A DNA stretch of 64,000 nucleotides from an uncultured Planctomycetaceae bacterium (GTDB lineage Bacteria > Planctomycetota > Planctomycetia > Planctomycetales > Planctomycetaceae). Location: assembly GCA_963813715.1 (NCBI GenBank), contig CAWFAK010000005.1:608001-672000 (forward strand), given 5' to 3'. The number at the start of each line of letters is the position of its first letter. The first letter of the stretch is position 1. A model generated the notes under the pieces. It saw only the letters and a list, made by a program, of their open reading frames with translations, was not told where the DNA came from and made no database searches. Both the position numbers and the translations under genes were made by a program. Of the stretch, positions 37,401 to 49,705 are shown piece after piece.

Positions 37401-38149
37401 ATGGCGTCCGACGCGGAACCACGAAAGCCGGCCTATAAACGGGTGCTGCTCAAGCTGAGCGGCGAGAGTTTTTGCCGGCGGGGCGAGTCGGGCATCAGCA
37501 TGACCGAGGTGGCCGCCATTTCGGCCGAGATCGCCGGCGTGCATCGGATGGGCGTGCAGTTGGCGATCGTCTGCGGCGGCGGGAACATTCTCCGCGGGCG
37601 GGAGTTCGCCGCCGTGAGCGCGGCCATCAATCCGCCCACCGCGCACTATATGGGGATGCTGGCCACGGTGATCAACGGACTGGCCCTGCAGGACGCGCTG
37701 GAGAAGATCGGCGTGCCGACGCGGTTGCAGACGGCCATTCGGATGGAAGGCGTGGCCGAGCCGTTCATTCGTCGCCGCTGCGTGCGACATCTCGAGAAGG
37801 GGCGGGTCGTGATCCTGGCGGCCGGGACCGGCAGCCCGTTCGTGACGACCGACACGGCAGCCGCCCTCCGGCGCGGGAGATCGAGGCGGACGTGTTGCTC
37901 AAGGCGACGAAGGTCGACGGAATCTATTCAGCCGACCCGGAAAAGAATCCGCACGCCGTCCGCTACTCTGAGATCACGTTTCAGGACGTGCTGCGGCAGA
38001 ACCTGCAGGTGATGGATGCGCAGGCCATTCATCACTGCATGGAGCACGGCATTCCGATTCTGGTGTTCAACTTCCAGCAGAAGGGCAACATCGAACGGGT
38101 GATCGCCGGCGAGCGGATCGGCACCCGCGTGATCCCCTCGCCCGCCTGA
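37401..38149 (+). CDS. pyrH: UMP kinase (frameshift near 37870)
   Basis: [36 protein letters not shown]. Confidence 0.95.
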
Positions 38150-38315
38150 GGTTCGTCGCTCGGGTTTGCCGCCCGCGCACGGCGTGGCGCGTTGTCCGCA
38201 CGGGTCGTCCAACTGCTTTGCAACCCGCTGCCGATTCGGTAATTTGAAGCGCAGCCGGAGCCGCCAGACGAAAAGCGCGGCCGCGGCGGGACGATTTCTT
38301 TAAGGGAACGCGATC

Positions 38316-38876
38316 ATGGACCAGGACGAAATCTTGCTGGACGCCGAAGAGCGGATGGAGAAGGCCGTTGCCATGCTGCAGGGGCAGATGCAAGGTCTTC
38401 GCACGGGGCGTGCGACGGCCGGCCTGGTCGATTCGATTCGTGTCGACTATTACGGCTCGCCGACTCCACTGAAGCAGATCGCCAACATCAGCATTCCGGA
38501 GCCGCAGCAGATTTTGATTCGTCCGTTCGACGCGTCGTCGCTGAGCAACATCGCCAAGGCGATCCAGTCGAGCGACACGGGATTGTCGCCCAATTCGGAC
38601 GGCCGCGTGATTCGCCTCAACGTTCCCGCCCTGTCGACCGAGCGGCGGCGGCAATTGACGTCGCGTGTGAAGGAATTGGCGGAAGAGGCCCGCATTTCGA
38701 TCCGCAACGTCCGTCGCGACGCGAACAAACACGCCGACCAGGGTCAGAAGGATAAGAATCTGACCGAGGACGAGTGCGATCAGACGAAGGAGCAGGTGCA
38801 GGAGTTGACCAAGAAGTTCGAGGGCAAGGTCAACGACATGGCCGCCGCCAAAGAAAAAGAAGTGATGAACGACTAA
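38316..38876 (+). CDS. frr: Ribosome recycling factor
   Basis: LRTGRA, YYGS, IRNVRRD; follows pyrH. Confidence 0.96.
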   Translation: MDQDEILLDAEERMEKAVAMLQGQMQGLRTGRATAGLVDSIRVDYYGSPTPLKQIANISIPEPQQILIRPFDASSLSNIAKAIQSSDTGLSPNSDGRVIRLNVPALSTERRRQLTSRVKELAEEARISIRNVRRDANKHADQGQKDKNLTEDECDQTKEQVQELTKKFEGKVNDMAAAKEKEVMND

Positions 38877-39292
38877 GGCGGCCGAACGGCCGTCCACTGG
38901 CCCGGCGACTTGAACCGGTGACCCGGCCCTACGACCGGAGCTGCGATCTGGCCCGGTAGCCTGGAGCGTTGGCAGGCCGGCCGGCCGCAAATCTTTCCCA
39001 TCTTCGCTAGCGATCAGAGGCCGAACAACCGCCATTGCCGCGAACCGCAGCCCGCGGGACTCAGCTTCTTATGTTGAGCGCCGATTGAGCGCCGCCAAAC
39101 TTTCGCGCGACCGGACGGGTGTTAGAAACGGAACCGTCCCTCGCGACGATCGGGGCGATTCGGTTCCATCGGGTGAGCCCCGTCCTTTCAGGCAGCCGAT
39201 CATGGTCAATGCGACGGATTGCGCTTTGCGTAACACTTTCTCCGCGCATCACGAACTAGCCGAACGGTTCGCGGGCGCGAGATGGACGGAAC

Positions 39293-41089
39293 ATGGATCG
39301 TTCCAAGCCGCTGCGGCGGCTGCTCCCGGTGGGAGTGCTATCAGCTGCCGGACTCGCAGGCTGCGCGAGTTCGCCGGCCTATCGCCCGGTGACGACGTCT
39401 CCGACACCGCCGAACCCGGTGGTCGTGAGTCCGTCCGCCGCGGCGCCCGGCCCGGTCGGCCCCGCACCGACCGCTCCCCCGAGTGCGCCCGTCAATTCGA
39501 GCCCTGCTCCAAACGCCGAACCGATCGTGGCACCGCCGGCCCTTCCCGCGCCTCCTCAGGCCGTCGATGCGCCCCTCGTTCCGCCGCCTCCTCCAACCGG
39601 CATGCCGGCGCCACCCGTGAGTGAAACAGCGCCGCCGAGCAGTCCTGCGGGGATAGGGCCGGGCGCGGCCGTCACCGAGCCCTTGTTGAGCGCGCCGATG
39701 GGCGTGCTGCAGACGCCGCTGCCGTCCCCGCCTGTCGTCGTGCAGCCGAGCGAGCCGGCGCGACTGACTGCTCCCGGACCGACTGAGTCGATCGCCCCCA
39801 GCGTTCCTGCAGCCACTGACGCGACGCCCGCACCGGCGACGAAGAAGGCAGCCGCGAAGCCGGCCGATCCGCCGCTGAGTCCGCTCGCTCGTCTCCGGAA
39901 AAAGTTCCACTCGCTGACGCATCCGGCGAAGCCAACTAAGAAGGACGCGGACGCGCTGGCGGCCGGCGATGCGAAGGCTGGCGTGACCGTCGCGAGCGGC
40001 CCGCGCATGCCCATTCCGACGGCGAGCGTTGGCGTGGCCGCCCGAGTGGAAAGGCCGCCGCTACATCCGCTCTACGCGTCGGATGAAGGTGAGAGCCTGC
40101 CGCCGATCGCCACGAGCACGCAAACGGCGCAGGTCGAAGCGACCGCGCGGCCGATCGAGCCGCTGGTCCCGCCCGCGCAGCTCGCGGTTCCGGCCAGTTC
40201 ATCGAGCAACAAGATCGAGCAATGGCCTAACGGCGGCGATGCCCCGCCCAGCGAGCAGCCGGCAACGGTCAAGGTCGAGGGCGTCGAAGACTTCACGGCC
40301 ATCTCGCCCGAGGAGTATCGCGCGACCGTCGCCAAGATCAACGCTCCGGACAGCGGGCCGACGATCATCGACATGTCCAAAACACCGGCCGAAGTTCCAC
40401 CTGCCGCGCAGCAGCAAGTGCAAACGGCGCAGCCGAAGACACCCGAGCCCCCCGCCGTCCCCGCGGCAGCTCAGTCGTCGACCCGTGAGACGAGCCCGCC
40501 GATGGTCGTGATTCCGCAAGCCGCTCACCGAGTGACCACTCCGGCCAATCCGGTTGAGCCGAGCAGCCCGGCGACTCCCAGCGCATCGCTGGTTGCGCGG
40601 AACGTCGAGTCGCCAACGGATCCGTCTGCCGCTCCGCCGACGTCAGCTGCTTGGTCGGCGCCTTCCGTGCCCGGGCAGACGATTCAGACGATCTCGAACA
40701 AAAATCCCAGCGAGCCGACACCGGTTGCCGCGAATTCGGGCGGCCCCGCGCCAATCAGCGTGAATTCAAATGCCAGTGTGAACCCGAATGCCGGCTTCGC
40801 GTATCAGCCGGGTTGGACTCCGGTCCCGGCTCCCGTCGAGCTGCCGGCTTCTCCGCCGAGCCCGACGGCATCCGCGGTTGTCCCGCGAGCGACGAGCGCA
40901 CTGCGCCCGGTCGCATCGACCGCGCCGCTAAATTATCCCTCGGCGACGGCTTCCCAGCCGATCGTCGGCGGCCGTTACGGACAACCCGTGTGGATGCAAT
41001 CTCGGGGCAATTCGCCGTCGACCGGCAGCAGCCCCATTTCTAATCCGCCGGCGCAGCCCAGCGCGTTGCGCGATCTGGCGACGCCCTGA
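39293..41089 (+). CDS. Pro/Ala-rich, probably disordered lipoprotein
   Basis: LAGC lipobox; 598-aa low-complexity ORF. Confidence 0.65.
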   Translation: MDRSKPLRRLLPVGVLSAAGLAGCASSPAYRPVTTSPTPPNPVVVSPSAAAPGPVGPAPTAPPSAPVNSSPAPNAEPIVAPPALPAPPQAVDAPLVPPPPPTGMPAPPVSETAPPSSPAGIGPGAAVTEPLLSAPMGVLQTPLPSPPVVVQPSEPARLTAPGPTESIAPSVPAATDATPAPATKKAAAKPADPPLSPLARLRKKFHSLTHPAKPTKKDADALAAGDAKAGVTVASGPRMPIPTASVGVAARVERPPLHPLYASDEGESLPPIATSTQTAQVEATARPIEPLVPPAQLAVPASSSSNKIEQWPNGGDAPPSEQPATVKVEGVEDFTAISPEEYRATVAKINAPDSGPTIIDMSKTPAEVPPAAQQQVQTAQPKTPEPPAVPAAAQSSTRETSPPMVVIPQAAHRVTTPANPVEPSSPATPSASLVARNVESPTDPSAAPPTSAAWSAPSVPGQTIQTISNKNPSEPTPVAANSGGPAPISVNSNASVNPNAGFAYQPGWTPVPAPVELPASPPSPTASAVVPRATSALRPVASTAPLNYPSATASQPIVGGRYGQPVWMQSRGNSPSTGSSPISNPPAQPSALRDLATP

Positions 41090-41110
41090 CGCGCAGTTGA
41101 GAAGCACAGT

Positions 41111-41350
41111 TTAGGGCGGATCGTAGCCACCCGGATGGAAGGGGTGGCAACGCATGATTCGCCAGACGCCTCGCGCACTTCCCGAGAACACGCCGTACTT
41201 CCGCACGGCTCCGATAAAGTACTCGCTGCACGACGGGTGAAAGCGACAGCGCGGGCCGAGCAGCGGACGGATCAGCAGTTGATAGACCCGAATCGCGCCG
41301 ACAATCAGCATCTCGGGGACGAGCGTCAGAAAGCGGACGGCCGAATTCAT
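41111..41350 (-). CDS. yidD: Membrane protein insertion efficiency factor
   Basis: CRFHPSCSEY, RCHPFHPGGYDP. Confidence 0.95.
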   Translation of the reverse strand: MNSAVRFLTLVPEMLIVGAIRVYQLLIRPLLGPRCRFHPSCSEYFIGAVRKYGVFSGSARGVWRIMRCHPFHPGGYDPP

Positions 41351-41724
41351 GTCGCGGGCCCGTTCTGCTGGCCGAGCTGCCGGGCCAGCCGCATCGCCAG
41401 TTTCACCAACGATCGCTGGTAGTCGGCCAGTTCAGCCGTCGCGGCGGTCGAGCGCTGCGGAATAAGAATCAAGTCCAGGTCGTTGGGCAATTCGTGCTGC
41501 GAGAGGCGAAACGCCTCCCGCAATAGACGCTTGAGGGCCGAGCGGCGGACTGATGGGCCGAGCTTGCGCGAAACGCTCACACCGAAGCGCGTGCGGTGCA
41601 GGACATTCGGGGCGGCCCAGACGAGCAAGTGTCCGTCGGCCGCGCGGATGCGGCGGTCGTAGATGCTCGCAAACTCGCGCGAGTTCTTGATCCGCCGATT
41701 TCGAGGCAGCGCGAAGGACTTCAC
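41347..41724 (-). CDS. rnpA: RNase P protein component
   Basis: RFGVSVSRK and a variant RNR motif KRLLREAFR; overlaps yidD. Confidence 0.9.
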   Translation of the reverse strand: MKSFALPRNRRIKNSREFASIYDRRIRAADGHLLVWAAPNVLHRTRFGVSVSRKLGPSVRRSALKRLLREAFRLSQHELPNDLDLILIPQRSTAATAELADYQRSLVKLAMRLARQLGQQNGPAT

Positions 41725-41739
41725 AGGGTCGTCCGGAAG

Positions 41740-42181
41740 TTAGATGGGCGTGTGGCTTGAAGCGTCCGAGCCGGGCTCTCCGTTATCGGCGCCGCTTTCG
41801 GTCGAAGCCGATGCAGCGGGGGCCGCAGGCTTCGGCCTTAAATACCAAAGGGGATCGGGAGCGGTCGGCGGCCGCGGCTTGCCTCGGGCCAGGTTGCGGA
41901 CCGAGCGTCCCCAGCTCACGATCATCGCCAGCAGTGACAGTCCGATCACCAGCACGCCGACCCAGAGCGACAGCGCCAGCAGGAATTCGTTGTTTTTGAG
42001 GTGTCGCCGGGCGGCGGGATCGGGGGCCGGCACTGCGGGCTTCTGTGCCTGGTCCGGAGCGACGGCGGGCTTGGGTTCTTCAGCTGCCACTCGGGGCGGC
42101 GCCGAATGGGCCAAGAATCCCACTGAATGCCACTAGAAAGGGCACGGCGACGTGCATGAGCCAGACAGTGCGACGTCGCAT
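41740..42181 (-). CDS. Small membrane protein (probable frameshift near 42125)
   Basis: Signal-like N-terminus plus one TM helix; upstream of rnpA. Confidence 0.5.
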
Positions 42182-42400
42182 GAGCAGTCCGCGACTGGAT
42201 GTGAGAACCCGTTCCGCGACAGAATGACATCAACGAAACAATCCTAGGCAGGTCCCCGACCGTCGACAATGCCGGCGTTCTGGGCCGTCCGCGGGTCAGC
42301 TTTCGTAATGGTTTTCGCCCCCCGATTGGTAACTCTCGTTGCCAAAATCCCGTATTTTTCGTAGATGACCGCCCGGGCATTGAATGCAGGAGGGCGGTCG

Positions 42401-45400
42401 ATGAACGGATCTCGCATTCCCCGGTCGGTCGTGGCGTTGGTTGGGGCGATGGTCGGTTGGGCGTGGCTTTACTCGCGCCTGAGCGATCCGCCACACGTCG
42501 ACCGGCCTCGGGCGGCCCTCGTCGCGACGATTCCCGCGCAGCCGACGGCTCCGGCTACGCACACCATCTGCGGTCGCGCGCTCGACGCCCATGGAGCGCC
42601 GACGGCGGGCGCGACCATTTGGCTCACACGGCACGAGAAGTCGGACTTCGACCTCGCGGGCTCCACAATCTTCGCGCAGACGCAGGCAGGGGCCGACGGA
42701 CGGTTCACCTTGGCTCCGCTACCGTCTGCGCTCGAGCAAAGCTCCGAGGATCCTGCGGAGTTCGAGGTCTGGATCTGGAAGCCGGGCTTGGCAGTTGCGC
42801 GCACGAGCTTTTTCGGCACTGCACCCGCCGAGCCGTTGACCGTCTCGCTGCTCGACGAAAGCCCGCTGACCATTCACTTGCGGCGGCCCGACGGATCTCC
42901 CTGCAGCGACGCGACAGGGACCCCCATGCTCGTCTGGTCCGCGGCCGATCACAAGCTCAAGCTGCCCCTGCCGATCTGCGAGCGACTTAAGGCGAGCAGC
43001 GCGGGAGACGGCCGTCTCCAAGTTTCCGGGTGGCACCGTGGCCGCGTCGCGGTTGCCCTTGAGACAAAAGAATTCGGCGTGCAGACCGCTGAATTTGATA
43101 TCAGGCCACACGACGACACGCCGATCGTCGTGACGCTCCGGTCGACGCAGCCGTTCGAAGGTCGTGTCGTGCCGCCCGAGGGCGCGAAGGCTGACCTGTC
43201 GACCTTGCAGGTCGTCCTGCGGCAGTCGTCCCTCTCTCCCGCGCAAGCAGCGGGCAAAAACGCTTCGCAGGATCAACCGGCGTCGTGGGTGGTCTGGCTC
43301 GATGAATATGTGGTGCGGCCCGATCGAGACGGACGTTTTAGGATCCCGCACTTCCCGAGAGCGACGCGTGGTTCCCTCCGTCTTCACATCCAGGGCCTGC
43401 ACGCTCTGGGCTTCGCCGACGATCGCGATTCGTCCTGCGAAGTGAGCGACCTGCCGGCGGGCAAGACCTTGCAGATCGACCTGCCCGCGCGCAAAGGTGT
43501 CTGGACGACCTGGGTCGCCCGCGACGCTTACACGAAGCGGCCGCTGACGGGCGTGCGGGTCAGCCTTTTGGCGTCGAACGAATTCCGCTGCAGCGGCCGG
43601 ACCGACGCGAACGGCTGCCTGCGGGTGTGCCTGGCTGCGGGCGAGACGTACGCCATCGAGTGCGAGCTGCCCGATGGCTATCTGCGGACGCTGTTTGGCC
43701 CCGAGGCTTATGTCGAGATTCCCGGCGGAGTCACGCATTGCGAGCCGCCGCCGATCGAGCTGGTCCGCGGCTGCCCGATCGTAGGTCGAGCCGTTGACGC
43801 GGCGGGGCGTCCACTGGCCGATATTCGCATTCGAGCCGACTGGCGGACTCGCGAAACGAAGGCGGGGAAGAAGCCGGCCGACGTCAGCCAATGGGTCAGC
43901 ACCGATGAAGACGGACGTTTCCGCTTCGAGCAGGTGGAAGCTGGCGCGGATGTCCGACTGACAGCAAGCTGTGCGGGAGCCTTGCTCACGCAGCCTGTCA
44001 CGATCGTCGCCGGCGATGAGAAAGCGATCCTCTTACAAGAACCACGGCGCGAACTCGTCGCGCTCAGCGGCCGTTTCTTAGGGAGCGATGGGAAACCGCT
44101 GGTCGGCGCTCAGGTCGTCGTCGAGGTGGCCGATTCGCCCGATGCGCTCGGACAATTCCGCACGACGGTCGAGACCGACGGGTCGATTCGTACGCCGCCG
44201 CAATTTCCGCGGCAGCTCAAGTATCGGCTGACGGTTCGTTCCTTGCTCACCAACGTCGCCTCGTCGGTCTGGTTGTGCCCGGCCAGCTCCGGGAACCGCT
44301 TCCCTGATCTCGCGGTTGATGCGTCGAAGATTTCGGCAGCGTCCAAGCTCTTGGGTCCGGAAGTCGTCGCGCGAGTCAATGGCCAGCCGATCTTCGCCTC
44401 GGAACTGTTGGAGCGAGCGGCCGTCGAATCGCTCAACGCCGATGGGCTTAACCTGCTGTCCGCCGGCAAAAGCCTGGCAAACGGCGGCATTAAAGAAGAA
44501 GAATTTCGAGTCCTGCAAGAGACGGCGATCAAAAAGTTCCTTTCCGGTTTCGTGCGGACGCGATTGCAATCGCAGGGCTACCGCAGCCTGCTGGACGCCG
44601 AGCAAATGCGGAAGTCGGAACAGGCCATCGACCGGGAATTCGACAAATATGTGGAGAGGCTCGAGCGGGACTTTGAGGTCAAGTCGCCTCAAGGGGTGGA
44701 TGAAAAGCTTCGGCAACCAGGGTACGTCGCTGGCGAGCCTCAAGGCCGAATTCCGTTACCGTTGTGTGCCGACGAATACTTGCGGGGGATCGCCCAACAC
44801 ATGAGTCCCGTGGACCGTCCGCAAATGCTCGCCTACTACCAGGCGCATCACGATCGTACGCCATTCCCGAAAAGGTCACTTGGCAGTTATTGGAAATCAA
44901 TTTCGACCACCAGCGATTTACGACTTCCAAAACGACAAGTCAAAACGCGATCCAGCGATTCTTCGGATGGCCGTCTATCGAAACGAATTGGCCACGAAGC
45001 TGGGGCAAGGATTGCGGACGAAAAGGTCCGGCCAGCCTGCGTTGTCGCACGATAACTTGCCCGGTTCACTGTTCGAGGACGGCCAGTCGAAAGCCGCGGA
45101 AAACAAGCGGACGGCCACAGCAACGCAGTTCGCGGAGGCCGATTCCAGTCAGCGATTCCACGGATCCGGAAGCTCATCGAGACGGCTTCGTATGGTCCGA
45201 CGACATGAAAGAGTTCTACGGCCGAAAGAACGGCCTGAAGGTCTTGGACGACGCCTTGGCCTGCTTGCGCAAGGGCGAGTCGTTTGCCGCCGTCGCGACA
45301 AAATTCTCCGACGGCCCCCGCGCCGAACAGGGAGGATGGCAGCGACCGACGCGGCCGGAAAGCATCGTCGACGACAAAACCGCCGCGATCCTCCACCAAT

Positions 45401-45669
45401 TGGCTGAGGGCGAAACGAGCTCGGTGATCGAGACCGACCACGCCTTCCGCGTAATTCGCCTGGTCACCCGCCTGCCGGCCGGCTGGGTCCCCTTCGAGGA
45501 CGTCGAAAAAACGATCCGCCAGGATCTCGACCAGGAACGGGCCCAGCAAGCGCTCGACGTGCTGGCGTCGCGAGCGACGATTGAGTCGGCCTTTCCGCTA
45601 GAGGCCTCTTGGAAAAAAGTGCCGTCCCCTGCCAGTCCGTCCCCTGCCCCCGAGTCGGGCGTTCCGTGA
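42401..45669 (+). CDS. Large exported protein: carboxypeptidase-regulatory-like beta domains plus a SurA/parvulin PPIase module (frameshifts about 44.7-45.1 kb)
   Basis: Repeated GRxxDxxGxP / TDxDGRF motifs; VVARVNGQPI; GESFAAVATKFSDGPRAEQGG. Confidence 0.7.
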
Positions 45670-45687
45670 TTGAGCCGGGAGGCCGCG

Positions 45688-46659
45688 TCACCAGAGTCCG
45701 TTGCGCGGAGATTGCGGCTCGATTCCAGCCAATTCGCTGTAGAGTTTCTGGGCGGCTTCGCTCGTTTCGTGCGGGATGACGATCTTGACCACCACGTATT
45801 GGTCGCCGCGCTCGTGCGTTTTGGGATTGAGCACGCCTTTGCCGCGGAGCCGCAGCCGCGTGCCGCTGGAGGTGCCCGGCGGCACTTTCACGTTCACGTG
45901 TCCTTCTGAGAGCGTGGGCACTTCGATCTTGGTGCCGAGCGCGGCTTCGGACGGCGTGATCGGCACGTCGACGAGCAGGTTACTCCCCTCGCGGTGGAAG
46001 TAGGGGTGCGGCGAGACGTGGACGGTCAGCAGCAGGTCGCCCGCCGCGCCGCCGCCAGGGCCTGGCTGCCCTTGGCCGGCCAGCCGAATCGTGCCGCCGT
46101 CCTGCACGCCGGGCGGAATCTTGACGGTGATCCGTTCGGTTTGATCGCCCCGGCGAATCTGCAGGCCGTGATTGCCCCCCTCGGCGGCGACGTTGAAGGG
46201 AACGGTGACATCGAAGTTGATGTCCTCGCCCTTCCGCGGTTCGGCTGGCCCCTCCGAATGGCGGAAGGACTCTTGGCGAAATCCCCCGGGGAACGGGCCT
46301 TGTTCGAACTGGCCGCTGCCGCCGTGATGCGCGTCGCCGCCGAAGATGTGGCTGAAGAGGTCGCTCAAGTCGACCGCATGGGTGCCGTCCGGGCCGCTGG
46401 CCCAGGCCGTGCGGTAAGGTCCGCCGCCGCGGCCACCGTTGAAGGCATGGCCATAGCGGTCGTATTGAAGCCGTTTCTCCGCGTCGCCCAGGATGGAGTA
46501 GGCCTGCTGTACGCGTTTGAACTGGTCGGCCGCGTCTTTATCACCGGGACGGACGTCGGGGTGATACTTGCGCGCGAGCTTTTTGTAGGCTTTGCGGATT
46601 TCCTCGGCCGAGGCGGTGCGGGAGATGCCGAGCGTTTTGTAGTAATCGATTTCTGCCAT
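45688..46659 (-). CDS. DnaJ-class co-chaperone without zinc finger (CbpA-like)
   Basis: J-domain with HPD, G/F-rich region, C-terminal domains; no CxxCxGxG. Confidence 0.92.
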   Translation of the reverse strand: MAEIDYYKTLGISRTASAEEIRKAYKKLARKYHPDVRPGDKDAADQFKRVQQAYSILGDAEKRLQYDRYGHAFNGGRGGGPYRTAWASGPDGTHAVDLSDLFSHIFGGDAHHGGSGQFEQGPFPGGFRQESFRHSEGPAEPRKGEDINFDVTVPFNVAAEGGNHGLQIRRGDQTERITVKIPPGVQDGGTIRLAGQGQPGPGGGAAGDLLLTVHVSPHPYFHREGSNLLVDVPITPSEAALGTKIEVPTLSEGHVNVKVPPGTSSGTRLRLRGKGVLNPKTHERGDQYVVVKIVIPHETSEAAQKLYSELAGIEPQSPRNGLW

Positions 46660-46820
46660 GGATAAAACCGCGCCTGGCAGCGCGGCAGATCATTCTAGGG
46701 AGCGCCTGCGCGGGCGATTCAAGAGCCGGCGCTCGCACAAGCATCCTTTCGCTTGCTCAGCACGGCCCCTATGCTAAGGATTCGCCGTTCACGTGCCGAT
46801 GAGCGGCCGAATGCAACGCC

Positions 46821-48225
46821 TTGCGGACGTTGCCCGTCTCTCCCCTCGAGCCCGTTCCCGTGCTGAAATTCGCGATTCGCAACCTGATGACGCGGCCCAT
46901 GCGCAGCGTGTTGTCGCTGGTGGGGCTCACCGTGGCCATCATGGGGATGATCGGACTCTTTTCAGTCGCCAAGGGACTGGACGAGATGGTCGGCAAGACC
47001 TTCGGCCAGATCGAGGGGCTGGTGGCCATGCAGCCCGGGGCCCCGATCCCGATTTTTTCGCGACTGCCCGCGTCTTGGGGCCCGGAGATTGCCAAGGTCC
47101 CCGGCGTGAAACTGGTCAGCCCGGAAGTTTGGGTGCGGGCCAACGTCATCGACGGCAAGATGATCATCAGCCCGCCCCGCTTTTTGTTCGGAATTGAAAT
47201 TCCCACGCGACTGCAACTGAAAAACCGCGTCTATCGCAAGGACATGATCTCCGGCCGCTATCTCACGGAGGCGGACAAGGGAACGCTCAACACGGTCGTC
47301 AGCAAGTCGATTGCCGACGAGTTTCACAAAACGATCGGCGACACGCTGAACGTCGCCGGCAGTGATCTCAAGATTGTCGGAATTTACAATTGCGGGTCGC
47401 TGTTGTTGGATATCGCACTCATCGTCGATATCGACGAAGTCCGCAAGATCACTCGGTTCGGCAACGACTCGGTCTGCGCGTTCTACATCGAACAAACGGG
47501 CGACGTTCCCGATAGCGAGCTGGCGCCGCGGATTCAGCAAGTTTTCAAAGGGCGGGAAGTCGAAGCCTGGCAGCCCTCGACCAGCCGCGAACCGTTGGAA
47601 AGCGGCAACATGCTGTTCGACCTGTTCGTGCGACTGCTTTCGCGAGTGACGCTGCCGACCGCCGCTCTGGGGAATGCCTCGCTGGGTTCCGGCGACGGTC
47701 ACGCGGCCGGCAAGTCGGGTGACGCAGCGGCAGCCCGCACGACCGCGTCAATCAAAGGGAGTCCACCGTTGTTGCCGGTGGAAGTTCGCAGTCCCACCGA
47801 CTGGGCGAGTCGCTTCCAGGACTTCAGCGCGGACCTCGATTTGTTTCTGGCGATCATGAGCGGGATCGGCGTGACGATTGCCGTCTTGAGCATCGTCAAC
47901 ACGATGCTGATGAGCGTCACCGAACGGATCATCGAGTTCGGCATCCTCAAGGCCAACGGCTGGTCCCGCTACGACGTGTTGCGGTTGATTACCTCGGAGA
48001 GCGCGGTGCTGGGATTTCTTCGGCGGAATCTTTGGCTGCATCGTCGGTTGGTTGGCGACGCGCGGCATCAATTCGATCTGGCCCGACCGCATCTACCTCG
48101 TGGCCACGCCCGGCCTGCTGTTGTTTGGCCTGGCGTTTAGCACGGTCTTGGGCATCTTCGGCGGTCTCTATCCGGCGGTGTGGGCGATGCGAATGATGCC
48201 CATGGACGCGATTCGCCGCGGGTGA
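46821..48225 (+). CDS. MacB/FtsX-type ABC transporter permease (frameshift near 48020)
   Basis: RNL...RS.L start, NTMLMSVTER.EFGILKA.G, C-terminal P.DAIR. Confidence 0.88.
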
Positions 48226-48251
48226 GTTTTCGTTTCGGTTGCAGCGCGACG

Positions 48252-48968
48252 TCAGACTGAGACGAGTTCCTTCATTTCGCGGACGGCCCGTTCGAAGCCG
48301 ACCATCACCGCGCGGGCCACGATGCTGTGACCGATGTTGAGTTCGCTGACGCCGGGGATGCGGGCGACTGGAACCACGTTGCGGTAGGTCAGGCCGTGGC
48401 CCATGTGTAGAAGCAGTCCCCGTTCCCGGGCCCAGTGTCCAGCGTCGATGAGCTGCGTCAGTTCGGCCTCTCGATCGGCCGGATTCGTGGCGTCCGCGTA
48501 TCGGCCCGTGTGCAGTTCGACCGCGTGGGCGCCCAGTTGCTCGGCCGCGTCGATCTGGGCCCGATCGGCGTCGATAAACAGGCTCACCTCGATGCCCGCC
48601 TCCAGCAGACGGTCAATGCAGCGAGCGACGCGCTCCCGATTGCCGACGACGTCGAGGCCGCCTTCGGTCGTCACTTCCTCGCGCCGTTCGGGAACGAGAG
48701 TCGCCTGGTCCGGATGCACGTCGATCGCAATCTCGGTGATGCTCGGCTCGGCCGCCATCTCCAGGTTGAGCTTCACCTGCACCGTTTGCTTCATCACGCG
48801 CAGATCGCGGTCTTGAATGTGCCGACGATCCTCGCGGAGGTGCAGTGTGATGCTGTCCGCCCCGGCCAGCTCGGCGAGAGCGGCGGCCCACACCGGGTCG
48901 GGCTCGATCGTCCGGCGGGCCTGTCGGATCGTGGCGACGTGGTCGATATTGACGCCCAGTCGTGGCAT
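48252..48968 (-). CDS. pdxJ: Pyridoxine 5'-phosphate synthase
   Basis: [32 protein letters not shown]. Confidence 0.97.
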   Translation of the reverse strand: MPRLGVNIDHVATIRQARRTIEPDPVWAAALAELAGADSITLHLREDRRHIQDRDLRVMKQTVQVKLNLEMAAEPSITEIAIDVHPDQATLVPERREEVTTEGGLDVVGNRERVARCIDRLLEAGIEVSLFIDADRAQIDAAEQLGAHAVELHTGRYADATNPADREAELTQLIDAGHWARERGLLLHMGHGLTYRNVVPVARIPGVSELNIGHSIVARAVMVGFERAVREMKELVSV

Positions 48969-49308
48969 CGGCTCTCCTCGCTACCTCAAAACTGCTGCCT
49001 GATTCTGCACAGTTTACCCGCCTTTGTGCTTACCCGCCGTTGTGCCCACCTCGACACGCCGGGAGCGCGGCCAGGCTCACGCGACTGGATCGTCCATCGC
49101 AATTTGGCACCTCCCAGCGCATCGCTTGGATGGGCCTGTCCTGCAATGCATGGCCACGCAAAGCCATGGGCCATGGCACTCCACCGGCCACTTAGGCAGT
49201 AGGCGACGGGGTGACTGGGGTCCATGTGTTAGCCGCGCGCCCAGGTCCACACCGCCGGTCTCCTTGTTCAAATGAAAGTGTCCGGACCGGGTAGTGGGGG
49301 CGTTTGAA

Positions 49309-49701
49309 TTACGGTTTTTCGCGATTGGCACGGGAATTTGTGGAGCGAGGGCGCATCGCCTTGTCGACGTTCCAGCCAGAGAGATGGTCTCGGAACTGGC
49401 CTGCATGCTGGTCCCAGATAAGGTCGAAGTGAAGGCGGAGCGCTTCGCCTCGCGCGTCGTCAATCCAGAATTCGACGCGGTTAGTCAGTGTTGAGCCTCC
49501 GGTTTGAGGCCATCCAATCTTCATCGCATCGCAGGACTCGCTAAAAGACATTCCCGTCTTCAGCCGTTGCTCGGCAATGCGGAGAGGGCTTTCGGCAAGT
49601 GGATTGCCACCGATGCTCGCGATGAAGAGCGCCGCGAGGACCATGATACCGAGACATTGGGGAACGGCCTTGATCCAGGCCGTCGGTACTTCGTCGCTCA
49701 T
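49309..49701 (-). CDS. Hypothetical membrane-anchored protein, 130 aa (cassette cargo B)
   Basis: ATG at 49701; N-terminal TM segment; TAA next to the cassette end. Confidence 0.6.
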   Translation of the reverse strand: MSDEVPTAWIKAVPQCLGIMVLAALFIASIGGNPLAESPLRIAEQRLKTGMSFSESCDAMKIGWPQTGGSTLTNRVEFWIDDARGEALRLHFDLIWDQHAGQFRDHLSGWNVDKAMRPRSTNSRANREKP

Positions 49702-49705
49702 GCCG

